Of a DNA stretch of 64,000 bases, positions 1 to 12,599 are shown one piece after another. Position 1 is the first letter of the stretch. Each line of letters begins with the position of its first letter. Source of the DNA: Candidatus Binataceae bacterium (GTDB lineage: Bacteria; Desulfobacterota; Binatia; Binatales; Binataceae); assembly GCA_963798375.1 (NCBI GenBank), contig CAWCTG010000007.1, positions 7,851-71,850 on the forward strand, written 5' to 3'. Below the pieces are notes generated by a model. The model saw nothing but the letters and a program-made list of their open reading frames with translations. It had not been told where the DNA came from and ran no database searches. Both the position numbers and the translations under genes were made by a program.

Positions 1-431
1 GTCATCTGTCGAAGATTAGTGCGGACGTCAAGCCGGGCAGCTACGTTCATATCGGACAGGTGATTGGAAATGTCGGTTCGACCGGGCTTTCGACCGGGCC
101 GCATCTCCACTTCGCGATGGAAAAAGACGGCGCCTGGGTCAATCCTCTCACCGAGAAACTTGGCGAGAATCACGAGGTCTCGCCGCGGATGAAAGCGATC
201 TTCGACGACATCAAGGATCGCTACCAGTCCGCACTGGCCGAGCTGCCCGACCTCGGCAGCCATTTCATCGCGACCGATGCGCGCAAACCCGCGATCTCGA
301 AGTTCGCCGACATGTACCACGTGACGCTCGGCCGCAGCCGGGCAAAGAGCGCGCATATCCGAGGACAGAGAATTTCGAGCCGCCGGGACGGCCCGGCGCC
401 CGGAGCGTCGGAGTCCGAAAGCGCGCTTTGA
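1..431 (+). CDS. M23 family peptidase, C-terminal fragment (gene starts upstream of window)
   Basis: The frame is open from base 3. The translation ...GQVIGNVGSTGLSTGPHLHFAMEKDG... matches the LytM/M23 metallopeptidase signature (G.sTG.sTGPHLHFE). Confidence 0.8.
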   Translation, partial: HLSKISADVKPGSYVHIGQVIGNVGSTGLSTGPHLHFAMEKDGAWVNPLTEKLGENHEVSPRMKAIFDDIKDRYQSALAELPDLGSHFIATDARKPAISKFADMYHVTLGRSRAKSAHIRGQRISSRRDGPAPGASESESAL

Positions 432-526
432 TCTGAGCGTCTGACCGTATCGCTCCACTGTTCCGTCGTCATTGCCAGGTCGCAGCTTCCCGGTCACCGC
501 TGAAATCGCGACGAGTCGCACCTGAA

Positions 527-1339
527 ATGCGCGAGCATCCCAATACCGATTTCTTCAAGCCCGGATTGCCGCGCGCGTTTGGGCATCGCGGATCCGCCGG
601 GACGCATCCTGAAAACACGCTCGAAGCATTTGCCGCCGCCGTCGCGATCGGCATTCAGTATCTCGAACTCGACATCCATATGACGCGCGACGGCGAAATC
701 GTTGTCAGTCACGACGACCATCTGGAACGCACTTGCGGACGCGCCGGCGTCATCCGCGAAATGACCTACGCCGAGCTTGCGGCCGCCGACGCGGGCCGGA
801 TGTTTTCGCTCGACGGCGCTAATTTTCCATTCAGAGACAAGGGTATCCGGGTGCCGCGCCTGGCCGAGGTGCTTGCGGCATTTCCAAAACTGCCGATCGA
901 GATCGAAGTCAAGCAAATCGCGCCGAGCGTGGTCGTGCCGATGCTCGACGTGATCGATCGCGCCGGGATGCGCAGGAGTGTGTTTGTCGCCAGCGAGCAC
1001 CAGCCGCCGCTCGACGAGGTCCGGATGCTGGCGCCGGGAATTCCGACCAACTTTTCGTACCTCGAATCGGGCGGATTCTTTCAGGCGATCGTGAGCCGCG
1101 ACAACTATCGTCCGCCCGGCGACGCACTCCAAATCCCGCGCAGCTACGAATCGTGGCAGCTCGTCACGCCGGACAGTGTCGAGTTCGCCCATCGCATCGG
1201 GCTCGAGGTGCACGTCTGGACGGTGAACGAGGAAGCCGAAATGGAAGAATTGCTCGACATGGGCGTGGACGGACTGATCAGCGATTATCCGCGCCGCCTG
1301 CTCGACGTGATTCGCAGACGCGCAGCCGCGCGCCGCTGA
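527..1339 (+). CDS. glycerophosphodiester phosphodiesterase (GDPD family)
   Basis: The N-terminus FGHRGSAGTHPENTLEAF...LELDIHMTRDGEIVVSHD is typical of GDPD (UgpQ/GlpQ-like) enzymes. Confidence 0.85.
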   Translation: MREHPNTDFFKPGLPRAFGHRGSAGTHPENTLEAFAAAVAIGIQYLELDIHMTRDGEIVVSHDDHLERTCGRAGVIREMTYAELAAADAGRMFSLDGANFPFRDKGIRVPRLAEVLAAFPKLPIEIEVKQIAPSVVVPMLDVIDRAGMRRSVFVASEHQPPLDEVRMLAPGIPTNFSYLESGGFFQAIVSRDNYRPPGDALQIPRSYESWQLVTPDSVEFAHRIGLEVHVWTVNEEAEMEELLDMGVDGLISDYPRRLLDVIRRRAAARR

Positions 1340-1421
1340 GCGCTCTCTCTTTCCAGTTCGCCGCATGCTCTGTTACGATTTCGCCTGCTCGTCGAAAAAA
1401 TTCACGCGGGAGCGAAAAATC

Positions 1422-2441
1422 ATGAAGCTTGATACCGGTCTCTCGACGCGCAACTTGCGCGATGTTCCTGCCGCCGCCCGCGCCGCCGAGACTGCGGGAT
1501 TCGATGCGGTCTGGATTCCGGAAGCCGGCAACGACGGCTTTCTTCCGGCCGCGCTGATCGCCGAGCATACCCGGCGAATCAAAATGGGCACCTCGGTCGC
1601 GATTGCGTTTCCGCGCAGCCCCATGGTTACGGCCGCGACCGCGTGGGATCTGGCAGGGCTTTCCGAGGGCCGCTTCGTCCTCGGCCTCGGCACGCAGGTC
1701 AAGGGCCATATCGAGCGCCGCTACAGCACGAAGTGGGAAGCGCCGGTGCCGCGCCTGCGCGAGTACATCCTGGCGCTCCGCGCGATCTTCAAATGCTGGT
1801 CGGAGGGCGGCGCCAAACTTTCGTTTCAGGGCAAGTACTACAATTTCTCGTTGATGACGCCGTTCTTCACGCCGGCCAGACACAACTACGCGAACGTGCC
1901 GATTCACATCGCCGGTGTGAACGAACATATCATCCGGCTCGCCGGCGAACTGTGCGAGGGCCTGCATGCGCATCCCTTCAACTCGCCCAAGTATCTTCGC
2001 GAATTCGTGCTGCCGAACGTCGAGAAAGGTCTCAAGAAGGCCGGCCGCTCGCGCAAAGACTTCGAAATCCTGTCAGCGGCGTTCGTAATCGTCGGCCACA
2101 ACCAGGACGAAATAAAAAAAACCCGCGAAGCCGTCCGGCAGCAGATCTCGTTCTACGCCTCGACGCGAACCTACAAGATCGTGCTCGACATGCACGGATG
2201 GGGCGACGTCGCCCAGCGATTAAACGAAAAGGCTGCCAGGGGCGAGTGGGTCTCGATGGCCAGCGAGATCACGGACGAGATGCTCGACGTGTACACGGTC
2301 GCGGGCACCTACGACGAGATCGCGGACAAGGTGATGCAGCGTTACGACGGGCTGCTCGACCGGGTCGCGTTCTACATTCCGTATCGCGCGGGCACCGACG
2401 ACGCGCAATGGGCAAAACTCGCAAAGCGATTCAACGGCTGA
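1422..2441 (+). CDS. LLM-class (luciferase-like) flavin/F420-dependent oxidoreductase
   Basis: MKLDTGLS...AGFDAVWIPE...LGLGTQ motifs match the luciferase-like monooxygenase fold. The start was chosen at the internal ATG (1422) rather than the ORF-track start. Confidence 0.8.
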   Translation: MKLDTGLSTRNLRDVPAAARAAETAGFDAVWIPEAGNDGFLPAALIAEHTRRIKMGTSVAIAFPRSPMVTAATAWDLAGLSEGRFVLGLGTQVKGHIERRYSTKWEAPVPRLREYILALRAIFKCWSEGGAKLSFQGKYYNFSLMTPFFTPARHNYANVPIHIAGVNEHIIRLAGELCEGLHAHPFNSPKYLREFVLPNVEKGLKKAGRSRKDFEILSAAFVIVGHNQDEIKKTREAVRQQISFYASTRTYKIVLDMHGWGDVAQRLNEKAARGEWVSMASEITDEMLDVYTVAGTYDEIADKVMQRYDGLLDRVAFYIPYRAGTDDAQWAKLAKRFNG

Positions 2442-2465
2442 GAACTGAACAAGGAGAAAACTTCG

Positions 2466-2909
2466 ATGAGCAAGGCAATGTTGAAAACGATGGCCGCGAT
2501 GGTGGCCGTGGCCGCGTTCATGCTTCCGAGCGCGAGCCGGATCGCGGCGGCAGCCGACGCCGCCCCCTCGGCCGCGGCTGTGCCCGCGGCCGCCATGGAC
2601 GAGCCCGGCACCAAGAGTTTCACGCTCGTCTCGGTCGAGGTGGATGACACGAAGTTCTGGCTGCCCAGCGTGATCGCGGTGGAACAGGGCGACAAAGTAA
2701 AGCTCACGCTCAAGAATATGGTGCCGGGCGCGGGCCCGTCGAATCAGCACGGCTTTACGATTCCGGCATACAACATCGGGGAGATTGTGACTCGCGGCAC
2801 GCCCAAGACGATCACTTTCGTCGCCGACAAACCGGGCGTGTTTCCGTATTTTTGCCAGTTGCATCTTGCGCACATCGGCGGCTCGTTAATCGTCCTGCCC
2901 AAGAAGTAG
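2466..2909 (+). CDS. secreted cupredoxin-like (plastocyanin/azurin-fold) protein
   Basis: It has an N-terminal signal peptide and an AAGGAG Shine-Dalgarno upstream. The C-terminal HGFTIP...YFCQLHLAHIGG looks like a His/Cys/His copper-site arrangement. Confidence 0.6.
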   Translation: MSKAMLKTMAAMVAVAAFMLPSASRIAAAADAAPSAAAVPAAAMDEPGTKSFTLVSVEVDDTKFWLPSVIAVEQGDKVKLTLKNMVPGAGPSNQHGFTIPAYNIGEIVTRGTPKTITFVADKPGVFPYFCQLHLAHIGGSLIVLPKK

Positions 2910-3020
2910 CTTTTCGTTGCCAGAGCGGCGCGGGAGCGGCAGGAGTGTTGCGAGACTCGCGAGTGTCGCCGGCGCGCCCCCGATGCCATCGGCGCGCGAA
3001 AGGGCTAGGCTTGATCGCGC

Positions 3021-3845
3021 ATGCGCACGGTAGTCCTCTATGCGCGTTCGCCGGCCTGGCGCGCGGTCGTCGAGCGCGCTGACGAATTGATGGCGTCGCC
3101 GGATTTTCGGGTGCTCAAATCTGAAGCGCGCACGCTGGCTGGATTCCTCGACGTCCCGGGCGCCGGACCCGCGTTCTTAAAGCGCGTCGAGGTTTCCTCA
3201 TGGAGCCGCGGCGTTTACGCGCGATTGCGCGGGTCTCGCGCCGCGCGATCGCTCGCCGGCGCCGCGATGCTCCGGGCGCAGGGCTTCGCGCATCCGGAGC
3301 CGCTGGCGGCCATGGATTTGTACCAAGCTGGCGCGATTCGAGCCTCTTATCTCGTCAGCCGCGCGCTCATCAACGCCGACTCTCTGAGCCGCTTCATGCT
3401 CGGCCCCGGAGAAATCAAGGGACGCAACGTGCATCGCCGCAAACAGATCTCCGATGCGGTGGCCGCGCAAATCCGGCGCCTGCACGAGTCCGGTCTTTAC
3501 ACTCGCGATCTGCAAGAGACCAACATCATGGTGGAGGAAAACGAGTCCGGCGGCTTCAAGGTGTACTTTATCGATCTCGAGGATTTCCGCCGCGCCGCCA
3601 ACGTCTCGCGGGATCGCCGAATTCTGAACCTGGTGCATCTCGATCGCAGCATCGGGCGATTTCTCTGCCGCGCGGCGCGGCTCGATTTCCTTTACTCTTA
3701 CCTGGGCCATCGGCCGGACCGCGCGGCCGCGCGCCGGATGGTCGCCGAAGTCAGAGCGGCGCGCGAGTCGATCGATCGCCGCAAGCGCGGCGGCGTCCCG
3801 GCCACGGAGCGGGTCGTGGAGCCGCTCGCTGGGGGAACTGAGTAG
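3021..3845 (+). CDS. lipopolysaccharide kinase (Kdo/WaaP/InaA) family protein
   Basis: The central region ...HESGLYTRDLQETNIMVEE...GFKVYFIDLEDF resembles the Kdo/WaaP kinase catalytic core. Confidence 0.6.
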   Translation: MRTVVLYARSPAWRAVVERADELMASPDFRVLKSEARTLAGFLDVPGAGPAFLKRVEVSSWSRGVYARLRGSRAARSLAGAAMLRAQGFAHPEPLAAMDLYQAGAIRASYLVSRALINADSLSRFMLGPGEIKGRNVHRRKQISDAVAAQIRRLHESGLYTRDLQETNIMVEENESGGFKVYFIDLEDFRRAANVSRDRRILNLVHLDRSIGRFLCRAARLDFLYSYLGHRPDRAAARRMVAEVRAARESIDRRKRGGVPATERVVEPLAGGTE

Positions 3846-4567
3846 TGGCTTTTTCGACCCGCATTCGCGAGTACGACCATCACACCGAGCAGGTTCACGC
3901 CGCCGGCGGAAGCTGGGTGCGCGACGTGATGCTCGGGCTGAACGACGGACTGGTCGCCTCGTTCGCGGTTACCTCCGGCGTCGCGGGCGCGTTCGTCACT
4001 GGCAACGCGGCGATGATGGCGGGACTGTCGGAAATGCTCGGCGGCGCGGTAGCGATGGGGCTCGCGGCGTTCATCTCCGCGCGCTCGCAAATCGAGTTTT
4101 ATCAAAGCGAGATAGAACGCGAGCGCGACGAAATCCGCCGATGGCCCGAACGCGAGCGCGAAGAGATCAGCACCATCTATCGAAAAAAAGGGTTCGCCGG
4201 TCCGCTGCTCGATCAGATCGTCGCGCACATCACGTCGGACACCGAGCGATGGAGCAACGTGATGATGCGCGAGGAGCTGGGCTTCAACGAAGAATCCTTC
4301 GACAGCCCCATTCGCTCCGCCTTCGCCGTCGGCTTGTCATATCTGTCAGGCGCGGCAGTGCCCGTCTGGGCGTATATTTTCTTCGAGCCGAGCCGCGCGC
4401 TGATCGTGTCGGCCATCTCGACAGTCGCGGCGCTGTTCGCAGCCGGCGCGCTGAAGACGATCATCACCAGCCGTTCGTGGTGGCGCAGCGGACTCGAAAG
4501 CATGTTGATTGGAATAGCAGCCGCGGGCGTGACTTACGCCGCGGGCCGCATGTTTGCCGAGCGCTGA
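3845..4567 (+). CDS. VIT1/CCC1 family Fe/Mn transporter
   Basis: GTG start overlaps the upstream stop by 1 nt. The LGLNDGLVASFAVTSGVAGA motif and C-terminal TM helices are typical of the VIT family. Confidence 0.8.
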   Translation: MAFSTRIREYDHHTEQVHAAGGSWVRDVMLGLNDGLVASFAVTSGVAGAFVTGNAAMMAGLSEMLGGAVAMGLAAFISARSQIEFYQSEIERERDEIRRWPEREREEISTIYRKKGFAGPLLDQIVAHITSDTERWSNVMMREELGFNEESFDSPIRSAFAVGLSYLSGAAVPVWAYIFFEPSRALIVSAISTVAALFAAGALKTIITSRSWWRSGLESMLIGIAAAGVTYAAGRMFAER

Positions 4568-4587
4568 AGCTCCGCGCCGCGCGCGCG

Positions 4588-4893
4588 TCATGCTTCAACG
4601 AGTATGTCGTCGCCGTCGGCCTTTACCGCGTAGCATCCGAGCTTGACGCTCGCGTCGTCGAGGTTCGTTCCCGTCGTGATGTCGTATTCCCATCCGTGCC
4701 ACGGGCAGGTGATGGTGGTGCCGTCGAGCTCGCCCTCGGCGAGCGGGCCGCCGCGATGCTTGCAGGTGTTGTCGATCGCGTAGAATTTTCCGCCCGCGTT
4801 GAACAGTGCGATCTTTTTGCCGCCGGCCTCGACGAGTTTGCCGCTGCCCTCGGGCAGCTCTGTCACCTTCGCAACTTTGATGAAGCTTGCCAT
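4588..4893 (-). CDS. Rieske [2Fe-2S] domain protein (NirD-like small subunit)
   Basis: CKHRGGPL...CPWHGWEY are the Rieske cluster-binding boxes. Confidence 0.8.
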   Translation of the reverse strand: MASFIKVAKVTELPEGSGKLVEAGGKKIALFNAGGKFYAIDNTCKHRGGPLAEGELDGTTITCPWHGWEYDITTGTNLDDASVKLGCYAVKADGDDILVEA

Positions 4894-4909
4894 CGGGAAT
4901 TGCCTCCGC

Positions 4910-6106
4910 TCAGGTCGTGTACTCCGCGTTGATTCGCACGTAGTCGTAGCTCAGGTCGCAAGTTAGAATCCGCGCGCTCGATTTCCCCAACCGCAGATCG
5001 AGTCGCACGGCGAATTCGCGCTCTTTCATCGCCGCCCCCGCATCCGCCAGCGCCTCGGTCAGCAGCCGCCCGCTCGCGGCAACTTTCACTCCGCCGATCC
5101 ACAGCACCAGCTTGTTGGACTCGACGTACGCGCCGGACGATCCAGCCGCCATCAGGATTCGGCCCACGTTCGGATCGCATCCGAAGAAGGCCGTCTTGAC
5201 CAGCGGCGAATTGGCGATTTGCCGGGCCGCTCGCTCGGCGTCCGCAGGATTGCGCGCGCCGCGTACCTCGACGCTGACGAGCTTGGTCGCGCCCTCGCCG
5301 TCGCGCACCAGTTCGCGCGCGAGCGCCGCCGAAATTTCCCGGACCGCGCGATCGAATGCCGCCTGCTCGCGCGCGCCCAACGCGCGATTTTCCGCGGCGC
5401 CGCTCGCCATAATAATCACCGTGTCGTTGGTTGACATGTCGCCGTCAACGGTGATCGCGTTGAAGCTCGCCGGCAGCGCGGACTTGAGCGATCGCTTGAG
5501 CGCCGCGGGACCGATTGCGGCGTCGGTCACAAAATACCCCAGCATCGTCGCCATCCTGGGCGAGATCATCCCGACGCCTTTCACCGCGCCGGCGAGCGTG
5601 ATGGTCGAGCCGCCCGCCTTGAAGCTTGTCGAGGCGGTCTTGGCGCGCGTGTCGGTCGTCATGATCGCATGCGCGAAGTCGGCCAGCCCGTCTTCCCGCA
5701 GCGATCGTACGGCATCGGCGGCGCCGGTTTTGAATTTCGCGAAGTCGTAAAGATGCCCGATCACACCGGTCGAGGATGGCGCCACGAGTTCCGGCGCGCA
5801 TCCCAGAAGTCGCGCGACTTCCGCGCATGAGTAGCGCGCGAGCCGCATCCCTTCTGCGCCGGTGAAGCTGTTAGCGCATCCCGAGTTCGCGACCACCGCC
5901 TGCAAACGGCCCGCCTTGACGCGCTCCGCCGTCACATATACCGGCGCGGCTTTCACCCGATTGGCGCTGAACACCGCGGCTGCGGCGGCCGGGCGATCGG
6001 CGGCGATAAGCCCCAGGTCCAGCGCGCCCGCCCTGGTCTTCAGTCCTGCGCTGACGCCGGCGAATCGAAATCCGCGCACGGCGGCGGGCTCGAGTTCGAC
6101 TTTCAT
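4910..6106 (-). CDS. argJ: bifunctional glutamate N-acetyltransferase / amino-acid acetyltransferase
   Basis: ATMLGYFVTDA autoprocessing motif and overall ArgJ architecture (about 398 aa). Confidence 0.9.
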   Translation of the reverse strand: MKVELEPAAVRGFRFAGVSAGLKTRAGALDLGLIAADRPAAAAAVFSANRVKAAPVYVTAERVKAGRLQAVVANSGCANSFTGAEGMRLARYSCAEVARLLGCAPELVAPSSTGVIGHLYDFAKFKTGAADAVRSLREDGLADFAHAIMTTDTRAKTASTSFKAGGSTITLAGAVKGVGMISPRMATMLGYFVTDAAIGPAALKRSLKSALPASFNAITVDGDMSTNDTVIIMASGAAENRALGAREQAAFDRAVREISAALARELVRDGEGATKLVSVEVRGARNPADAERAARQIANSPLVKTAFFGCDPNVGRILMAAGSSGAYVESNKLVLWIGGVKVAASGRLLTEALADAGAAMKEREFAVRLDLRLGKSSARILTCDLSYDYVRINAEYTT

Positions 6107-6187
6107 CCAGCGAAATCCTCCGTGCGCCGAACTATACGCGGACCAAAGGTGGGTGCAAATGGGAGACTGCCGGGACGCTTCTCTGCG

Positions 6188-8866
<2,679 letters not shown>

Positions 8867-9097
8867 CTTATATGAGCGATTTTCGCGGCAAGTTTGAGAT
8901 TAGGTTCTCGACGAGCCACCGCGATGCGATCTGACCGGTGACACAGTGAAACAACTCCGCAAGTTTAGCTGGAAATCATCTTATCCCGAAATCGGCCGGG
9001 TAGGCAGGGGGCGCTGCGCCAGTTTGCTGGAATCCAAAAACGCTGGAGATTCAGGCGGGATTCGACGGGGACTCTGTGGGATGTAGTGGGGGTCGCG

Positions 9098-9113
9098 TTG
9101 CGTTGCAACGCAA
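9098..9113. promoter_or_regulatory. perfect 16-bp palindrome TTGCGTTGCAACGCAA (operator-like), overlapping a putative -35
   Basis: Read directly from the sequence. It lies about 30 nt upstream of the small ORF at 9144. A TTGCAA...N17...TAAATG promoter-like spacing overlaps it. Confidence 0.4.
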
Positions 9114-9143
9114 GCTGTCGCACAATAAATGGTATTGACCACT

Positions 9144-9389
9144 ATGGCGAAAACGACAAAATACAGGGCCGTGGCCCGTCAAAACGGTAACGCCGGCGTT
9201 ATCGTCAAATTGAGCCGGAGCGAGATTCTCAGTTCGCTTGAAAAGGGAGCGCGCGATCGCGTTGGCATGTCCGCACGGCTCATGCTGCGCAGATATCGGC
9301 AGGGGAGATTGCCCGACCCCACCAGCGTAGGCGACCTGATTGCGCTCTCCAATTTGCTTCGCAAGAATGATCCGATTCTTGCCGAGTAA
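9144..9389 (+). CDS. hypothetical small protein (81 aa), first gene of a lower-GC two-gene cassette
   Basis: ORF in a roughly 53% GC patch. No recognisable family. Start taken at MAKTTKYR, because the first ATG (9129) falls inside the putative -10. Confidence 0.45.
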   Translation: MAKTTKYRAVARQNGNAGVIVKLSRSEILSSLEKGARDRVGMSARLMLRRYRQGRLPDPTSVGDLIALSNLLRKNDPILAE

Positions 9390-9434
9390 TTTCCGATCGC
9401 CAGCCTCGACAATCTGCTAGCCGATATCAGGGAT

Positions 9435-10016
9435 TTGACGCGCTCATGCAGGCGCGGCGACAAGGACTCGCCCCAGGCGTTCTGCGACTTGTTGAATCTT
9501 CTTTTGGCGAACACCGTGATGGCGGTCGGGGCCAGTCTACGTCTTCAACAAGGAGAGCGTCGAAACAACTATATTGTCGCAGGGCGGCTTCTGGCCCCTG
9601 TCCAGCTGAGAGATGGGAAATTTCTCCGCGTCTATTATGGTCTCGCTATCCATGGCACTCCTGAAGGACCGACACTCAGGGTAATTAATTCCGGGTTCAA
9701 ATATCAGATTGATTTGGACGGCAAGCGCTGGGTTTTTCGTTACGACTACGACCGATTTCCCCGGCGCCCGTATCCGCCAACGCATTTTCACATACGCGGT
9801 GATTTGAAAGAAAACTGCCTGCCCGTTGGGGAAGCGCTGCAAACTATCCATTTCCCAGCTACCCGCGTTTCGTTAGAGGCAGTAATCAGGCTCTTGATCG
9901 ATCAATTTGGAGTATCCCCGGCAACACTGCGCGGTACATGGCGAAAGCTTTTGGCCAAGAGCGAGGCGGACTTCCTGGACATCGCGCATCGCGGACTTTC
10001 GGGGCCTAAACGCTGA
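9435..10016 (+). CDS. hypothetical protein (about 165-193 aa; start ambiguous, TTG at 9435 or ATG at 9519)
   Basis: Clean ORF at about 50% GC, 45 nt after the previous gene. No recognisable domain. Contains ...RYDYDRFPRRPYPPTHFHIRGD... Confidence 0.5.
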   Translation: MTRSCRRGDKDSPQAFCDLLNLLLANTVMAVGASLRLQQGERRNNYIVAGRLLAPVQLRDGKFLRVYYGLAIHGTPEGPTLRVINSGFKYQIDLDGKRWVFRYDYDRFPRRPYPPTHFHIRGDLKENCLPVGEALQTIHFPATRVSLEAVIRLLIDQFGVSPATLRGTWRKLLAKSEADFLDIAHRGLSGPKR

Positions 10017-10070
10017 GCGATTTCAATTCAGGGCACTTGCCCACCCACACCGGTCTTAAGAGCGGGTTTG

Positions 10071-10943
10071 CTAGCGCTCGATGCGGACCGCGGATTCGAC
10101 CTGCGGGCCGAGAAATCTGCGGCCGACGCGGACAAAACGATCAGGGGTCTCGGTCACGAAGAAACTCTGAACCCCTTTGCCGGTGCGCCGGGCGAGCTTG
10201 AGAATCCGCAGCCGATCGCGCACGTCGGCCGCGGTCGCGGTCGCGGAGTCCACGATCTTCACGCGTGGCCCAAGAATTCGCGCGAACATATCGCGCAGCA
10301 GCGGGTAATGCGTGCATCCCAGCAGCAGAGTGTCGATGCCGCTCTGCTTGAGACTCTCGAGGTAGTGGGCGACGGTCAATTCCGCGACCGCATTGTCGGT
10401 CCATCCTTCTTCGGCCAGCGGCACCAGCAGCGGGCATGCGCGCGTGTAGATTTCGGAGCGCGGGCTGAGCCGCTGGATCGCGCGCGTGTAAGCGCCGGAC
10501 GCGATCGTTGCCTCGGTGCCGATCACGCCTATTTTGCCGTTGCGCGAGGCCTTGGCGGCGGCGCGCGCGCCCGGCTCGATCACGCCGATCACGGGGATCA
10601 TCGTGTCCGACGCGATTGCGTCGAGCGCGACCGCGCTGGACGTGTTGCAGGCGACCACCAGCATTTTGATTCCCTTGGCGAGCAGGAAGCCGGTGTTCTC
10701 CTTCGAGTAGCGGACGATGACTTCGTTGGATTTCGTGCCGTAGGGGAGCCGCGCCGTGTCGCCGAGGTAGATGAAATCTTCATTGGGCAGCGCCGCGGTC
10801 AGCGCTTTGAGGACGGTGAGTCCGCCGATGCCCGAATCGAACACGCCGATGGGCCGGTCGATCGCCGCGCGCGAGCCGCGAAGAAGCCCGTTGGAAGCCG
10901 CGATCGAATTCGGCCGTGTTGCAGATTTTTTGCGGGTCGGCAT
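10071..10943 (-). CDS. murI: glutamate racemase
   Basis: IGVFDSGIGGLTVL and ...VACNTSS...GCTHYPLL motifs. Confidence 0.9.
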   Translation of the reverse strand: MPTRKKSATRPNSIAASNGLLRGSRAAIDRPIGVFDSGIGGLTVLKALTAALPNEDFIYLGDTARLPYGTKSNEVIVRYSKENTGFLLAKGIKMLVVACNTSSAVALDAIASDTMIPVIGVIEPGARAAAKASRNGKIGVIGTEATIASGAYTRAIQRLSPRSEIYTRACPLLVPLAEEGWTDNAVAELTVAHYLESLKQSGIDTLLLGCTHYPLLRDMFARILGPRVKIVDSATATAADVRDRLRILKLARRTGKGVQSFFVTETPDRFVRVGRRFLGPQVESAVRIER

Positions 10944-10970
10944 TTGAATCCGCCGGCGGCTCGTCCGTGC

Positions 10971-12599
10971 TCAGCCGCGCGCGAGGCGTTCGCCGATTGT
11001 AGCCGGTCGGGAGGGCGCCGCGCCAAAGACGCTTTCATGGACGCTGGCCGCTTCCATGCACAGATAGGCGGGGATCTCCGCGCCCGCTTTTCGGAAACGA
11101 TCGGCAAGCGTGCGGTAAAGACTGAGGCGCAGCGGCGTGAAGGTCCGAAAGCGCCCGTCGGAGGCGAGCACGTCCTCGCCGCACAGCATCGGATCGCCGG
11201 GAAAACGGCTGCGCGCGGCGCCGCGCAACCGCGGCGTCATCCGGAGGCCGCCCATGCTGATGAACGAGATTTGTTGGGGCGCAACTGTGTCCAGCAGCTC
11301 GTCGATCAGCAGCAGGTAATCGCGCTCGGCGCCCGGATATGCGATCAACGGATCGAGATGAAACGCCACGCGGTAGCCGGCGTCGAGGACCGCGCGCGCC
11401 GCCGCGATTCGCGCCGCCGGCGCGGCGGTGAGATGCTCCGAGCTCCGATAGACGGCGTCCGGCGACAAGGTCCACGAGACGAGCACGCGGCCGCGCGGGT
11501 CCATGCCAAGAAGATTTTCAATTTCGTCGGTCTTGGTCTTGAGCTCGAGGGTCAGATTCTCGCGCGAGGCAAAAAAATCGACCAGCTCGCGGCTAATCGA
11601 GGTAAGCGAGTCGAACGCGAGCGAGTCCGCCAGTTCACCGGTGCCGACGCGGAAGCTGCGCCCGCGAGCGTTGGCGATCAGCCGGTCGAGCTCGTCGAAT
11701 GAATCGGTGAAATTCGCATATACCTGGAAGGCGGGATTGTCAGCCAGATATTCCTGCAGAAAGCAGTACGAGCAATCCATCGGGCAGTTCGATGCGAGCG
11801 TGAGCACCAGGTATCCGCAGCAGGCGAAGCTGGGGGAACCCGCATGACACGGCATCAGGAACGGAGTCTTGCGCCGCGCGATCACCATCCGGCGTTTGCC
11901 GGCCCCGAACGGATCGCGCGCGCCCGATGCGGGCCGGGCCGCCTCGCGCGCGTCGGCGACATGCGTGACGGGCACATGGCGCGGAAGCGCGCGCAGGATG
12001 CGAGTCGCCAGCGGATAGCCGGCGCATCCGTGCTCGACAAACACCGCGTCGAGATCAAATTTCACTTTCTTGCCGCCGAGCATTTCAATAATCCTTGTCA
12101 GTCCCGGGCGCGATCGATCGACCGCCTCGAGCAGATGCGCCAGTTCGGCGGCGCTTCGCACCCGAAGCGAAACCGTGAGCTCATCAGAGCCAAGCTCGTT
12201 GGGCAAGACCACCGAAATTCCGCGGGGAAGCTTCAGCGCCGCGACTTCAGAGCGCAGTTGCTCCTGCATTTTCTTAAGGAGAGGGTAGCGAAGCGTTCGA
12301 AGCGCTTCCAGGAGCGCGCTCGCGCGCGACGGCGCGGAGCCGGGACCGCCTGCAATGCGCCTGATCTCGGGGCGGCCGAGAACGCCGGCGACGGTGACGT
12401 GCTCGCGCACGGCGATTTCCTCGAGCGTCTCGAGCGCGGTCATCAGTTGACCGGTCCGGATGCGGATGACGCGCGCGATATCGAGCATCGCGGCGCGCGA
12501 CGCCGGGTCCATCGCGAGCCATCGCGCAAGATGGCTCGGCGGCAGCCGTCGCTCGGCCGCGAGCATCCGAATCTGCGCGTCGATCTCGTCAGCATTCAT
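10971..12599 (-). CDS. radical SAM protein, spore photoproduct lyase (SplB)-like DNA repair photolyase homologue with about 170-aa N-terminal extension
   Basis: CPMDCSYCFLQ is the CxxxCxxC radical-SAM cluster motif. KVKFDLDAVFVEHGCAGYPLA aligns with the SplB N-terminus. The ATG at 12599 overlaps the GT2 stop (ATGA). An alternative internal start at 12083 has a good AAGGA Shine-Dalgarno. Confidence 0.7.
   Translation of the reverse strand: MNADEIDAQIRMLAAERRLPPSHLARWLAMDPASRAAMLDIARVIRIRTGQLMTALETLEEIAVREHVTVAGVLGRPEIRRIAGGPGSAPSRASALLEALRTLRYPLLKKMQEQLRSEVAALKLPRGISVVLPNELGSDELTVSLRVRSAAELAHLLEAVDRSRPGLTRIIEMLGGKKVKFDLDAVFVEHGCAGYPLATRILRALPRHVPVTHVADAREAARPASGARDPFGAGKRRMVIARRKTPFLMPCHAGSPSFACCGYLVLTLASNCPMDCSYCFLQEYLADNPAFQVYANFTDSFDELDRLIANARGRSFRVGTGELADSLAFDSLTSISRELVDFFASRENLTLELKTKTDEIENLLGMDPRGRVLVSWTLSPDAVYRSSEHLTAAPAARIAAARAVLDAGYRVAFHLDPLIAYPGAERDYLLLIDELLDTVAPQQISFISMGGLRMTPRLRGAARSRFPGDPMLCGEDVLASDGRFRTFTPLRLSLYRTLADRFRKAGAEIPAYLCMEAASVHESVFGAAPSRPATIGERLARG

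Noticed and set aside
10068-11702. 544-aa ORF on the + strand
   Set aside because: Antisense to murI and the SPL-like gene. Low-complexity R/G/A-rich.
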